Origin: a bacterium
Lineage (GTDB): Bacteria; Patescibacteriota; JABMPQ01; JAUVWW01
DNA length: 64,000 nt
Assembly (NCBI GenBank): GCA_030603885.1
Contig: JAUVWW010000001.1
Coordinates: forward strand, 70,716 to 134,715
Reading direction: 5' to 3'
Both the position numbers and the translations under genes were made by a program. Position 1 is the stretch's first letter. Every line of letters begins with the position of its first letter. Below are positions 28,953 through 38,986 of this stretch, piece by piece. The notes under the pieces were generated by a model, which was given only the letters and a program-made list of their open reading frames with translations, did not search any database and was not told the origin of the DNA.

Positions 28953-29503
28953 CCAAAGAAGAAGCTTTACAATTGATAAAGGAAAATATCCAAAACCAAA
29001 ACCTGATTAAGCACATGCTGGCTACTGAGGCTATTATAAAAGCCTTGGCTAAGAAATTTGGAAAGGATGAAGAACATTGGGGATTAACCGGACTTTTACA
29101 TGATTTGGATTTTGAAAAGACAAAAGATACACCTGAAAAGCATGGATTAGTGACAGCTGAAATTTTGCAGGATAAGGGTCTAGATGAAGAAATTATTGAG
29201 GCTATTAAGACACATAATGCAGAAATGCTTGGCCTTGAAAGAAAAACAGATCTAGATCATGCCTTAGCTTCTTCAGAACAGCTAACCGGTTTGATTGTTG
29301 GTTGTACTTTGGTAATGCCGGATAAAAAATTAGCCTCGGTTAAACCCGAGACTATTTTAAAAAAATTCAAAGACAAAAGTTTCACTGCTAATGTAAAAAG
29401 GGAGATAATTTTGGAGTGTGAGAAGTTAGACTTGAACTTAGAAGATTTTGTAAAACTGGGACTAGAAGCTATGCAAGGAATTTCAGAGGATTTAGGATTA
29501 TAA
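28949..29503 (+). CDS. HD-domain phosphohydrolase
   Basis: H...HD motif (LLHDLDF) in a ~180-aa protein. Its start overlaps the lysS stop (ATGA). Confidence 0.7.
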   Translation: MTKEEALQLIKENIQNQNLIKHMLATEAIIKALAKKFGKDEEHWGLTGLLHDLDFEKTKDTPEKHGLVTAEILQDKGLDEEIIEAIKTHNAEMLGLERKTDLDHALASSEQLTGLIVGCTLVMPDKKLASVKPETILKKFKDKSFTANVKREIILECEKLDLNLEDFVKLGLEAMQGISEDLGL

Positions 29504-29507
29504 AAAT

Positions 29508-29909
29508 ATGAATAGAGTGATGGTCTTTGGTACCTTTGACATTTTACATCCGGGTCACCTAAATTTTTTAAAACAGGCAAGAAAATATGGGGATTATTTG
29601 ATTGTGGTAGTGGGACGAGATAGGACAGTAGAGAAGGTTAAGGGTAAACTACCTAAACATAGTGAAAAAGAAAGAGTTAGGCAGATAGAAAAAACTGGAC
29701 TGACAGACAAAGTAATGCTTGGCTATCTAAAAGATCATTATAAAGTTATCCAAGAACATAAACCCGATCTAATTTGTCTGGGTTATGATCAAAATTCCTT
29801 TGCTGATGGCTTGCCAGAGGCGTTAAAAAGGTTTAAAATAAAGACTAGGATAGTGAGATTAAAGCCTTTTAAACAAGATATTTATAAATCGTCAAAACTT
29901 AATAACTAA
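29508..29909 (+). CDS. cytidylyl/adenylyltransferase-like nucleotidyltransferase (HxGH family)
   Basis: VFGTFDILHPGH signature of the (H/T)xGH nucleotidyltransferase superfamily (TagD/RibL/FAD synthase-like); 133 aa. Confidence 0.65.
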   Translation: MNRVMVFGTFDILHPGHLNFLKQARKYGDYLIVVVGRDRTVEKVKGKLPKHSEKERVRQIEKTGLTDKVMLGYLKDHYKVIQEHKPDLICLGYDQNSFADGLPEALKRFKIKTRIVRLKPFKQDIYKSSKLNN

Positions 29910-29920
29910 AGAGAAAAACC

Positions 29921-31138
29921 ATGAAAACAATCAAAAAATGGGGGATTGCTTTGGCAATCTTCTTTGTCTTACTCCTTGTTCCTTTGTCAGCTGTCTTGGC
30001 TTTTGATTTTAGAGCTGGGGACCAGATAGTCACTATTGGAAAGGATGAAGTTATTAATGATGATGTCATAGTTGCTGGTCAAGCAATTAATGTTGAAGGA
30101 ACTATTAATGGAGATCTAATTGCTGCTGCCAATACAGTAACTGTCTCAGGTGAAGTTAAAGGCAGTGTTATAGCTGGGGCAGGAACAGTAGATATTTCTG
30201 GAAAAGTAGGTAATGATGTCTTAGCTGGTGCAGGAATAGTTAATATTACTGGCGAGGTAGGAGATAATGTAATAGCCGGCGCAGGAAATTTGACTATCTC
30301 ATCCGGAGCCAAAGTTAAAAACGAAGTACTGGCTGGTGCAGGTAATTTTGATTTATCTGGTGAAGTAGGAAGTGTTAATGTTAGTACTGGCCAGGCTATA
30401 ATCTCTGGAAAAGTAGCAAAAAATGTTCATCTTAAAGCCAGTGAGCAAGTTGAGGTTACCTCTAGTGCTGATATAGGTGGAGACTTTAATTATAAAAGTC
30501 CAGAAAAGACAGAAATACCTCATGGGGCCAAGATAGGAGGAGAGACAAAGTGGGAAATAATTAAGGAAGCCAAAAGAAGAGCTAGAGGTCTTTATGGTAT
30601 TCCCTTTGCTCTTGGGTTTATGGGATTGGTGTTTAGTCTGTTTAGTAAGTTGGGATTGTTAATTTTAGGTCTGATTATTGTTTGGCTTGCTCCAAAACCC
30701 AGTAAAGAGGTAATAGATAAAATTACTAAAACACCTGGCTCAAGCTTTGGTTGGGGACTTTTGACTGTAATTGTGGCACCTATTGTCTGTTTTATAGCCC
30801 TTTTCACTATCATCGGAATACCCTTAGGATTAATTGGATTTGCTTTGTTAGGGATTGCTATCTATATAAGCAAGGTATTCCTTGGATTGTTTATCGGAGA
30901 AAAAATTATCAAAGCTTTTAGCAAGAACAAGCAGGTATCTTTATATGGTGCAGTAGCACTGGGTACTATCATTGTCATTATAGTTTCCTATATACCAATT
31001 TTAGGCTTTTTAGCCATAGGAATTGGTAGCCTCTTTGCCTTGGGAGCTTTGCTTATGGTTAAAAAAGAGCATTGTCTAAAGATTTGTGGACGAGAGCCTA
31101 AAGAAGTTATTCCAAAGGTTGAAGAAACTACGAAATAA
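29921..31138 (+). CDS. membrane protein with an N-terminal beta-helical (bactofilin-like) repeat domain and a C-terminal polytopic TM domain
   Basis: Signal/TM. About 20-aa repeats V[IL]AGAG-V-I[ST]G-V. At least 4 TM helices at the C-terminus. Confidence 0.55.
   Translation: MKTIKKWGIALAIFFVLLLVPLSAVLAFDFRAGDQIVTIGKDEVINDDVIVAGQAINVEGTINGDLIAAANTVTVSGEVKGSVIAGAGTVDISGKVGNDVLAGAGIVNITGEVGDNVIAGAGNLTISSGAKVKNEVLAGAGNFDLSGEVGSVNVSTGQAIISGKVAKNVHLKASEQVEVTSSADIGGDFNYKSPEKTEIPHGAKIGGETKWEIIKEAKRRARGLYGIPFALGFMGLVFSLFSKLGLLILGLIIVWLAPKPSKEVIDKITKTPGSSFGWGLLTVIVAPIVCFIALFTIIGIPLGLIGFALLGIAIYISKVFLGLFIGEKIIKAFSKNKQVSLYGAVALGTIIVIIVSYIPILGFLAIGIGSLFALGALLMVKKEHCLKICGREPKEVIPKVEETTK
30100..30420 (+). 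repeat. intragenic tandem repeat with ~60-nt period, encoding the beta-helix repeats
   Basis: Repeated gctggtgcaggaa...ggtgaagtagga units read directly. Bounds are approximate. Confidence 0.6.
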
Positions 31139-31162
31139 GTTCTTTTAAGCTTTAGATCATAA

Positions 31163-31193
31163 GCGGGGAGAATTTTCTCCCTGCTTTTTTTAT
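31163..31193 (+). terminator. Rho-independent terminator after the beta-helix membrane protein gene
   Basis: Stem gcggggaga / tctccctgc (one G-U) with loop attt, followed by TTTTTTT. Confidence 0.7.
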
Positions 31194-31241
31194 TTGAATA
31201 GAAATTTGTAATAATGTATAATGTGGATATAATATTCACAT

Positions 31242-32531
31242 ATGTTAGACATCAACCTCATTCGTAAAAACCCAGATTTAATCAAACAGGAAATAAAAAA
31301 GCGCCACATGAAGCTGGATGTGGACGAGCTTTTAAAGATAGACAAGAAGAGAAGAGATTTATTAGTCAAAATAGAGAAACTTCGGGCTAAGCAGAATAAG
31401 TTGTCAGACCAAATAGCTAGGCTTTCAGGAAAAGAAAAGCAAAAAGCTATTTTAGAAGGAAAAGCTTTAGCAAAACGAATAGATGAACAAGAGCCTAAGT
31501 TAAAAAAGACAGAAAACAAATTAAGAGATTTGATGTCTCTCTTGCCAAATATCAGTCATGAATCTGGTCCAGAAGGAAGGGATGAATCAGATAATGTGGT
31601 CATAAAAACCTGGGGAAAACTTCCGAAATTCAGCTTTAAGCCAAAAGACCATATTCAGTTGGGAAAAGATTTAGATCTGATCGACATGGAAAAGGCAGCT
31701 AAAGTTTCTGGATCAAGATTTTATTATCTTAAAAATGAGGCCGTGCTTTTAGAATGGGCTTTAGTAAATTATACCTTTGATCTTTTGAGAAAAAAGGGTT
31801 ATATTCCCATTCTTCCACCCCAGTTGGTTAATTATAATACCATGTATGGCTCTGGATTTTTGCCGGCTGAAGAATTTGAAATATACAATGTAAATTCCAA
31901 AGAAGATAACCTGTTTATCATTGGGACAGCCGAGGTTTCTATTTGTGCATATCATCAGAATGAACTCTTTGAAGAAAAAGATCTTCCCAAGAAGTACGTT
32001 GGATTTTCTACTAATCAGAGGAGAGAGGCAGGAGCCTATGGAAAAAAAACCTGGGGAATATTTAGGGTCCATCAGTTTGATAAAGTGGAGATATTTAAAT
32101 TTACAAAAGAAGACACCTCTTGGAAAGAGTTAAATGATATGATTGGGACTGCAGAAGAAATTGTCAAAGGTCTAAAATTGCCTTATCAGATAAGAAATGT
32201 TTGTTTAGGGGATTTATGTCGAAAATGTGCCAAGACTCAAGATTTAGAAGCCTGGATGCCAGGAAAGAGTCCTACAGGACCTAGGGGAGGAAAATATGGT
32301 GAGATTGGCTCTGGATCTAACTGTGCAGATTATCAAGCCAGAAGGCTGAATATAAAATATATTAATAAAGAAGGCAAAAAGCATTTTGTCCATACTTTGA
32401 ATTGTACAGCTTGTGCTATTCCTCGAACCCTGATTGCCATTTTAGAAAATTATCAGCAAAAAGATGGCTCAGTCTTGGTTCCTAAGGTTTTACAGAAGTA
32501 TTGTGGGTTTGAGAAAATAAAAAGAAAATAA
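31242..32531 (+). CDS. serS: seryl-tRNA synthetase
   Basis: N-terminal coiled-coil arm. Class II core (AKTQDLEAWMP, EIGSGSNCADYQARR). Confidence 0.9.
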   Translation: MLDINLIRKNPDLIKQEIKKRHMKLDVDELLKIDKKRRDLLVKIEKLRAKQNKLSDQIARLSGKEKQKAILEGKALAKRIDEQEPKLKKTENKLRDLMSLLPNISHESGPEGRDESDNVVIKTWGKLPKFSFKPKDHIQLGKDLDLIDMEKAAKVSGSRFYYLKNEAVLLEWALVNYTFDLLRKKGYIPILPPQLVNYNTMYGSGFLPAEEFEIYNVNSKEDNLFIIGTAEVSICAYHQNELFEEKDLPKKYVGFSTNQRREAGAYGKKTWGIFRVHQFDKVEIFKFTKEDTSWKELNDMIGTAEEIVKGLKLPYQIRNVCLGDLCRKCAKTQDLEAWMPGKSPTGPRGGKYGEIGSGSNCADYQARRLNIKYINKEGKKHFVHTLNCTACAIPRTLIAILENYQQKDGSVLVPKVLQKYCGFEKIKRK

Positions 32532-32580
32532 GAACCTGCTTCGCAGAACCTTGATTCTCGCTAGGGCTCGAAATAGGCTT
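32530..32580 (+). repeat. intergenic UUC-loop hairpin repeat element (aagaac-ctgc-ttc-gcag-aaccttgattct...gctcgaa)
   Basis: It shares the aagaac...aaccttgattct flanks with the element at 50187. The stem sequence differs but stays complementary. Confidence 0.55.
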
Positions 32581-32626
32581 AGAAAAATTGTAAAAAATTA
32601 TCTGTCAATAGTTTTATTTTTTATTT

Positions 32627-33766
32627 ATGTATACCACTTGGCTAGAGATTTCAAGATTCGCCATCAAACATAATCTTAAACAATTTAGAAAAATCATTGG
32701 GCCAAATATAAAGTTAATGGCTGTGGTCAAGAGTAATGCTTATGGTCATGGGATGATTGAGGTGGTTATAATTGCTTTAAATAATGGGACTGACTGGTTG
32801 GGTGTGGTTAATCTAGATGAAGCACTGAAACTTAGAAGAGCTAAAATAAAGGCGCCAATTTTAATATTGAGCTATTTTCCCTTTGAAGATTCAAAACAGA
32901 TTAGAGAAGCAATAAAAAATGAGATAGATTTACCAATATATAATCTCAAAATAGCTAAGCTATTGTCAAAAATAGCATCCAAAATAGGCAAGTCAGCTAA
33001 AACCCACATTAAAGTAGATACTGGAACTTCCAGGCTAGGTGTTTTAGTCAAAGATGCATTAGATTTTATTAGGAAAGTTAGACAATTACCCAATTTAGAA
33101 ACCCGAGGGATATTTACCCATTATGCAAGCTCCGAAGAGCAGGATCAGACTTTTACTAATAAACAGACAGAAGAATTTAGAAAACTGTTAGACGGGCTTA
33201 GGCAGGAAAATATAGAAATTCCCTTAGCTCACACTGCTTGTTCTGCAGCCTGTATTATTAATCCCCAAACTCATTCTGATATGGTTAGGATTGGCATCTC
33301 TTTCTATGGTCTTTGGCCAAGTCAAGATACCAAAAGACTAGCTCAGAAAGTTAGGCCAGAATTTAACCTTAAGCCAGTCCTAACCTGGAAGACTAGAATT
33401 ATACAAATTAAAGATCTGCCCGAGGGAACCACGGTTGGCTATGGCTGTACTTATGAAGTAAAAAGACCTACCAGATTAGCAGTTCTTCCTTGCGGATATT
33501 ATGAAGGTTATGATAGACTATTATCAAATAAAGGAGAGGTGCTAATTAAAGGAAAAAGATGTAAAGTTTTAGGTCGAGTTTGTATGAATTTAACCATGGT
33601 AGATGTTACAGATATTACTGATGTCAAAGTGGGGGATGAGGTGATTCTGATTGGAAAACAAGGTAGAGAAGAGATCACAGCAGAAGAGATAGCAGAAAAA
33701 ATTGAAACCATTAATTATGAAGTAGTTTCCAGGATAAATCCTAATCTATTGAGAATATATGTCTAA
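32627..33766 (+). CDS. alr: alanine racemase
   Basis: PLP-lysine motif AVVKSNAYGHG and a C-terminal beta domain. Confidence 0.88.
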   Translation: MYTTWLEISRFAIKHNLKQFRKIIGPNIKLMAVVKSNAYGHGMIEVVIIALNNGTDWLGVVNLDEALKLRRAKIKAPILILSYFPFEDSKQIREAIKNEIDLPIYNLKIAKLLSKIASKIGKSAKTHIKVDTGTSRLGVLVKDALDFIRKVRQLPNLETRGIFTHYASSEEQDQTFTNKQTEEFRKLLDGLRQENIEIPLAHTACSAACIINPQTHSDMVRIGISFYGLWPSQDTKRLAQKVRPEFNLKPVLTWKTRIIQIKDLPEGTTVGYGCTYEVKRPTRLAVLPCGYYEGYDRLLSNKGEVLIKGKRCKVLGRVCMNLTMVDVTDITDVKVGDEVILIGKQGREEITAEEIAEKIETINYEVVSRINPNLLRIYV

Positions 33767-34916
33767 AAAAATAACAATTGGCGTTATTTTTGGAGGTCGA
33801 TCCCAAGAACATGAAGTGTCTTTAGTCTCGGCTGCTTCGATAATGAAAGCTCTGGATAAGAAAAAATATAATGTGGTGCCTATTGGCATTACCAAGGAAG
33901 GAAAATGGATTGCCTCTGGTGATGCATTAGAACTTTTAAAGAGTGGAAAGATACCCAAACAATTAAAAGCAATTTTACCTCCCGATCCTACTGAGAAAAG
34001 ATTAATCAGCATGCAGGAAAAAAATAAAAAGCTAGTTCCTATTAAAAAAACTTTAGCTTCTGTTAGACCTTATCAAAAAATAGATGTAATTTTTCCAATC
34101 TTACATGGCCCTTATGGTGAAGATGGTACAGTCCAAGGATTGTTGGAGCTAGCTAATATTCCTTATGTCGGAGCTGATGTTTTAGCTTCCAGCATAGGAA
34201 TGGACAAAGTAATTCAGAAACAACTATTCAAACAGGCTGGCCTACCAGTTATAAAATATTTATGGTTTAAACAGACAAAACTTGGAAAGGTTAGAGGAGG
34301 TATAATTTTTAATGTAGAGAAAAAAATAGGCTATCCCTGTTTTGTTAAGCCAGCCTCGCTAGGTTCGTCTGTAGGAATTTCAAAAGCCAAAAAAAGAAGA
34401 GAACTAGATTTGGCTATCCATACTGCTTTTAAATATGATGATAAAATTTTAATAGAGGAAGCTATTGAAGGCCGAGAAATAGAATGTGCTGTTTTAGGAA
34501 ACGAGTATCCTGAGGCTTCTCTTCCTGGAGAAATAATTCCATCTCAAGAATTTTATGACTATAAGGCAAAGTATATAGACGGTGCCTCAAAAACTCTAGC
34601 TCCAGCACCAAATCTTACCAAGAAACAGATTAAAAAAATCCAAGATCTAGCTATTCGAGCTTTTAAGGCTATTGACTGCTCAGGCATGGCTAGAGTAGAC
34701 TTCTTGCTTCAAAAGAAACCTCCTAAAACGTATGTCAATGAAATAAACACTATCCCTGGCTTTACCTCAATTTCCATGTATCCAAAATTGTGGGAAGTCT
34801 CTGGAATTCCTTATCCTGAGCTTTTAGATCGTCTAATTCAGTTGGCGTTAGAAAAACACAAAACCAAAACTCAACTTAAGACTACCTATACCCCAAAAGA
34901 GAAATGGTATAAATAA
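33759..34916 (+). CDS. ddl: D-alanine--D-alanine ligase
   Basis: ATP-grasp Ddl signature (IGVIFGGRSQEHEVSL...). The alr-ddl-ftsQ context matches. Confidence 0.9.
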   Translation: MSKKITIGVIFGGRSQEHEVSLVSAASIMKALDKKKYNVVPIGITKEGKWIASGDALELLKSGKIPKQLKAILPPDPTEKRLISMQEKNKKLVPIKKTLASVRPYQKIDVIFPILHGPYGEDGTVQGLLELANIPYVGADVLASSIGMDKVIQKQLFKQAGLPVIKYLWFKQTKLGKVRGGIIFNVEKKIGYPCFVKPASLGSSVGISKAKKRRELDLAIHTAFKYDDKILIEEAIEGREIECAVLGNEYPEASLPGEIIPSQEFYDYKAKYIDGASKTLAPAPNLTKKQIKKIQDLAIRAFKAIDCSGMARVDFLLQKKPPKTYVNEINTIPGFTSISMYPKLWEVSGIPYPELLDRLIQLALEKHKTKTQLKTTYTPKEKWYK

Positions 34917-34937
34917 TAAAATCTCAAGACTCAAAAC

Positions 34938-34966
34938 TAAAAATAGGAGCTTTCCTATTTTTCTTT
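34938..34966. terminator. bidirectional-looking Rho-independent terminator after ddl
   Basis: Stem aatagga / tcctatt with loop gctt, flanked by an A-run upstream and a T-run downstream. Confidence 0.65.
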
Positions 34967-35034
34967 ATTTAAGCCAAAACTTGATAAAATAGCCTTAATA
35001 GTTTATACTTTTATAAGAAGACTAAACAAAATCT

Positions 35035-35937
35035 ATGATTTTTAAACGTAGAAAAAAATATACTGCTTGGAGACCTAAATATAGAGAACCTTTAGCCAGG
35101 AGAGGAATCTTTCAGTCAAGAAGAGCCAGTATCTCGCCTAAGATTTATGGACGTACCCAGAAAGCGACAAAATTTCAGACTTCTTCAAGAGCCCAGAAAA
35201 ATTTTTACTTAATTCTTACCCTACTAATTGCAGGAGGCCTTGTTTATCTTTGTTTATTTAGTAATCTTTTTAAGATAAAAAAGATCGTTTTAGTAGATAA
35301 TAAAGATGTTCATCTGTCCCAGATAGAAGAGATAGTTAGGCCTATTTTAGATGAAAAAAGATTTTTAGTTTTTCCGGGCGACAGTATTTTCTTGATGAAT
35401 ACAAAAAGTATAAAAACTGAACTTATTGATAAAATTCTCGAGATAGAGTCTCTTCAAATTAAAAGAAGATATCCAGATGTACTTAAAATAATAATTCAAG
35501 AAAAAGAACCCATCATTATTTGGATTACTCAAGACAGAGTATACTTTGTTGATAGAAAAGGAGAGATTTGTTATGAAATTTCAAGAGAAATATTACAAGA
35601 CACAGATCTGCCCATTGTCCAAGATAATTTAGGAAAGGAGGTAAAGCCTGATGATAAAGTTATTAAAGAAGATGTTGTTTCAGCTATCCAAAATATAAAT
35701 AAGAGATTTCAAGCCAAGACTGGATATGAGATTTTGTGTTTTGAGATTCCAGCCGCTATGGCACATGAGGTGCATGTAAAGACTAAGAGAGGTTTTAAAG
35801 TATATTTTAACTGTCAGCGAAGCACTGATGCTCAACTTGATGATTTGAATGCTGTCTTAGAACATCAGATCAAGAATCAAGTAGACCAGGTCAACTATAT
35901 TGATTTAAGAATAGAAGGGTGGATTTACTACAGATAA
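35035..35937 (+). CDS. ftsQ: cell division protein FtsQ/DivIB-like (POTRA)
   Basis: Basic N-terminal tail, a single TM, a POTRA-like domain (KKIVLVDNKDVHLSQIEEI); positioned after ddl. Confidence 0.7.
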   Translation: MIFKRRKKYTAWRPKYREPLARRGIFQSRRASISPKIYGRTQKATKFQTSSRAQKNFYLILTLLIAGGLVYLCLFSNLFKIKKIVLVDNKDVHLSQIEEIVRPILDEKRFLVFPGDSIFLMNTKSIKTELIDKILEIESLQIKRRYPDVLKIIIQEKEPIIIWITQDRVYFVDRKGEICYEISREILQDTDLPIVQDNLGKEVKPDDKVIKEDVVSAIQNINKRFQAKTGYEILCFEIPAAMAHEVHVKTKRGFKVYFNCQRSTDAQLDDLNAVLEHQIKNQVDQVNYIDLRIEGWIYYR

Positions 35938-35946
35938 TTAAGAATT

Positions 35947-36303
35947 ATGAATTTACGAATTTTTAAAAATCCATACTGGAAAGATAAATTTAATGTAATT
36001 ACTCAAGCTACCAGTGTATTAATTAATCTTATTATTTGGCTTATCCTCTTTTTTAAAATAGCTCCTCAGACCGCTCCTGTGGTCTTGCATTATAATATTT
36101 ATTTTGGTATAGACCTTATAGATCAGTGGTATAAAGTTTATTTTATTCCCGCATTAGGTCTTTTGTTCATCGCACTTAATTTAATTATTGGCCAAGCTAT
36201 ATATAAGCAGGAAAAATTAGCTACTTATTTCTTGTCTAGTGTAAGCTTGTTTAGTCAGGTATTATTACTTATTGCTAGCATTTGCATAGCCCTGGCCCAG
36301 TAA
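35947..36303 (+). CDS. hypothetical small membrane protein (3 TM)
   Basis: Hydrophobic helices only; no recognisable motif. Confidence 0.4.
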   Translation: MNLRIFKNPYWKDKFNVITQATSVLINLIIWLILFFKIAPQTAPVVLHYNIYFGIDLIDQWYKVYFIPALGLLFIALNLIIGQAIYKQEKLATYFLSSVSLFSQVLLLIASICIALAQ

Positions 36304-36325
36304 AATATAGTTTGTAGTCTAAGTT

Positions 36326-37831
36326 ATGAAAGTTTCTATTCAACAATTAAGAAAAAATCGCTTATTTCGTTTCTATGAGATCCTACCAGGAGCTTCTGCT
36401 TGGATTATTCTTTTAGGGCTCCTTGTACTTTGTTTTGCCTGGCCTTTGGCTGCAGCTATTTTTATTATTTGTTTTGATCTTTATTGGCTAATTAAAATAT
36501 CTTATCTGTCGATTTATCTAACCCATTCCTGCAAGATCTTGCAAAAAAATATCAAAATGGATTGGCTCGTCAAGTGCAAAAAATACTCTCATTTTAAAGA
36601 TATCTATCATTTAGTAATATTGCCTACCTATAAAGAAAAAATAGATGTGATTGAACCAGCTTTTTTAGCTTTGTTAAACTCTCATTATCCCAAAGATAAA
36701 ATGATAGTAGTTTTGGCTACAGAAGAAAGAGACAAAGAAAATGCCAAAAAAGCATCCAGATATATTCAAGAAAAATTTGGAGATAAATTCTATCATTTTA
36801 TGACCACCGTACATCCCAAAGATATTGTTGGAGAATTAGCGGGCAAAGGTTCTAATGAAACCTGGGCAGCTAAGCAGGTATTGAGGTTTATTGACCAAAA
36901 AAGAATTCCTTATCAAAACATCATAGTTTCTGTACTTGATGTGGATACTTGTGTTCATCCTCAATATTTTGCATGCCTTGCTTGGCATTATTTAACTACC
37001 AAAGACCCATACCAATCCTCTTATCAGCCTATACCTATGTATTTTAATAATATTTGGGACTCTCCAGCTTTGATGCGAGTAATTGCTTTTAACACTACTT
37101 TTTGGCAGATGATGCAACAGGGAAGACCAGAATCTTTATGTACTTTTTCTTCTCATGCTATGTCTTTTAAAACTTTAGTGGAAGTAGGATTTTGGCAGAC
37201 AGACTTAGTTTCTGAAGACTCTAATATTTTTTGGCAATGTTTCAGCCATTACAATGGAAACTATAAAGTTGTCCCTCTTTTGATTCCAGTATATATGGAT
37301 ACAGTCCTGGCTGATACCTTAAAACAAAGTCTTATTAATCAATATAAACAGCAAAGAAGATGGGCTTATGGAGCAGAAAATATTCCTTATGTTTTTTATC
37401 AGTTTACAAAAAATAGAGCCATTCCTTTCTTAAAAAAGCTGATCCAAGGTTTTATGTTATTTGATGGTTCGGTTAGTTGGGCTACTAATGCTTTGATACT
37501 CTTTTTTCTAGGCTGGCTTCCTTTGATTGTGGGGGGAGAAGCATATCAGACTACGGTCCTAGCTCAAAGTCTTCCCTTTGTTGTTCAGATCTTGATGACT
37601 TTGGCTATGATTGGCTTACTTTCTTCTGCTGCATTAAGTCTTTTGCTTTTGCCAAAACGACCTAAAAAATATGGTCGATTTAATATGTTGTTTATGTTGT
37701 TACAGTGGCTACTACTTCCTCTTTCCACTATTATTCTGGGTGCTATTCCTGCCTTAGATGCCCAAACGAGATTAATGTTAGGTAAGTATATGGGATTTTG
37801 GGTGACAGAAAAGGCACGCAAGAGAGATTAA
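36326..37831 (+). CDS. membrane-integrated processive family-2 glycosyltransferase (cellulose/chitin synthase-like)
   Basis: D, D-x-D (LDVDT) and Q-x-x-R-W (QQRRWAYG) motifs with flanking TM helices. Confidence 0.7.
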   Translation: MKVSIQQLRKNRLFRFYEILPGASAWIILLGLLVLCFAWPLAAAIFIICFDLYWLIKISYLSIYLTHSCKILQKNIKMDWLVKCKKYSHFKDIYHLVILPTYKEKIDVIEPAFLALLNSHYPKDKMIVVLATEERDKENAKKASRYIQEKFGDKFYHFMTTVHPKDIVGELAGKGSNETWAAKQVLRFIDQKRIPYQNIIVSVLDVDTCVHPQYFACLAWHYLTTKDPYQSSYQPIPMYFNNIWDSPALMRVIAFNTTFWQMMQQGRPESLCTFSSHAMSFKTLVEVGFWQTDLVSEDSNIFWQCFSHYNGNYKVVPLLIPVYMDTVLADTLKQSLINQYKQQRRWAYGAENIPYVFYQFTKNRAIPFLKKLIQGFMLFDGSVSWATNALILFFLGWLPLIVGGEAYQTTVLAQSLPFVVQILMTLAMIGLLSSAALSLLLLPKRPKKYGRFNMLFMLLQWLLLPLSTIILGAIPALDAQTRLMLGKYMGFWVTEKARKRD

Positions 37832-37850
37832 TTTTGTAAGTCCTTAAAAT

Positions 37851-38966
37851 ATGGCTATATCTTCAATAAATCTAGCAGATTTTTTACCTCCCTTTCTTAT
37901 TGCTTTTATACTAAGTATTCTTTTTACTTATCTTATCCGAAGGTTAGCTTTGCATTATAAGATCCTAGATTATCCCTCTCTTCCTAGGAAGATCCATAAA
38001 AAATCTGTTCCGCTTCTTGGAGGATTAGGACTATTTTTGGCTTTTACAGTTGTTTTGGGATATTATGCTCTTTTTACAGATAGAATTTTGGACAGCTATA
38101 TTTTAGGAAAATATCTTTTGGGAATCTTGGGGGCGGGAATAATTTTAATAATTGGTGGAATTTTAGATGACAAATTTTCTTTTAGGCCCTCACAACAATT
38201 TATTTTTCCAGCCTTGGCAGCTCTAGTAATTATAGCTTCGGGTATTGGAATTAATTATATTACCAATCCCCTGGGAGGATTAATTAGACTGGATACTGTA
38301 AAGTGGCAGATATTTACCTTAGGAGGCCTTCCTTATCATATAGTCTTGCTTGCTGATCTTTTTACTTTGGCTTGGCTTTTAGGGATGGTCTATACTACAA
38401 AGTTTTTAGATGGTCTAGATGGATTAGTTTCAGGTATATGTTGTTTGGGTTCTTTAGTTTTATTTTTCTTAAGCCTAAGAAAAGAAGTGATGCAGCCAGA
38501 GACAGCTTTGTTATGTATTATTTTAGCCGGGGTTGCTTTAGGATTTTTAATTTTTAATTTTCACCCAGCCAAAATATTTCTAGGTGAAGGAGGCAGTACT
38601 TTTTTGGGTTTTACTTTGGGAACTCTAGCTATTATTTCAGGAGGAAAAATTGCCACTGCACTTTTGTGTATGGGAATTCCTATTTTGGATGTGATTTGGG
38701 TAGTAAGCCGGAGACTAATTACAAAAAAATCTCCCTTTTTAGGAGACAAAAAACATTTACATTTTAGACTTTTAGATATTGGCTTTTCTCACCGGCAAAC
38801 AGTCTTGTTTTTATGGTTTATGTCGGCTTGTTTTGGAATTACTGCTTTGTTTTTGAAAAGCAGGGGAAAACTTATTGCCTTGGGAGTGCTAGCTTTTATT
38901 ATGATGGTTTTAGCTTTAATTTTGGTTTGGCTGTATAGACGAAAATATAAAAGTATGGTAAACTAG
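37851..38966 (+). CDS. polyprenyl-phosphate sugar-1-phosphate transferase (MraY/WecA family)
   Basis: Ten or more TM helices. DD motif (GILDD). FLDGLDGL motif. NFHPAKIFLGEGGSTFLGF motif. Confidence 0.75.
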   Translation: MAISSINLADFLPPFLIAFILSILFTYLIRRLALHYKILDYPSLPRKIHKKSVPLLGGLGLFLAFTVVLGYYALFTDRILDSYILGKYLLGILGAGIILIIGGILDDKFSFRPSQQFIFPALAALVIIASGIGINYITNPLGGLIRLDTVKWQIFTLGGLPYHIVLLADLFTLAWLLGMVYTTKFLDGLDGLVSGICCLGSLVLFFLSLRKEVMQPETALLCIILAGVALGFLIFNFHPAKIFLGEGGSTFLGFTLGTLAIISGGKIATALLCMGIPILDVIWVVSRRLITKKSPFLGDKKHLHFRLLDIGFSHRQTVLFLWFMSACFGITALFLKSRGKLIALGVLAFIMMVLALILVWLYRRKYKSMVN

Positions 38967-38986
38967 TAATTGAGTAAAGTAATAAA

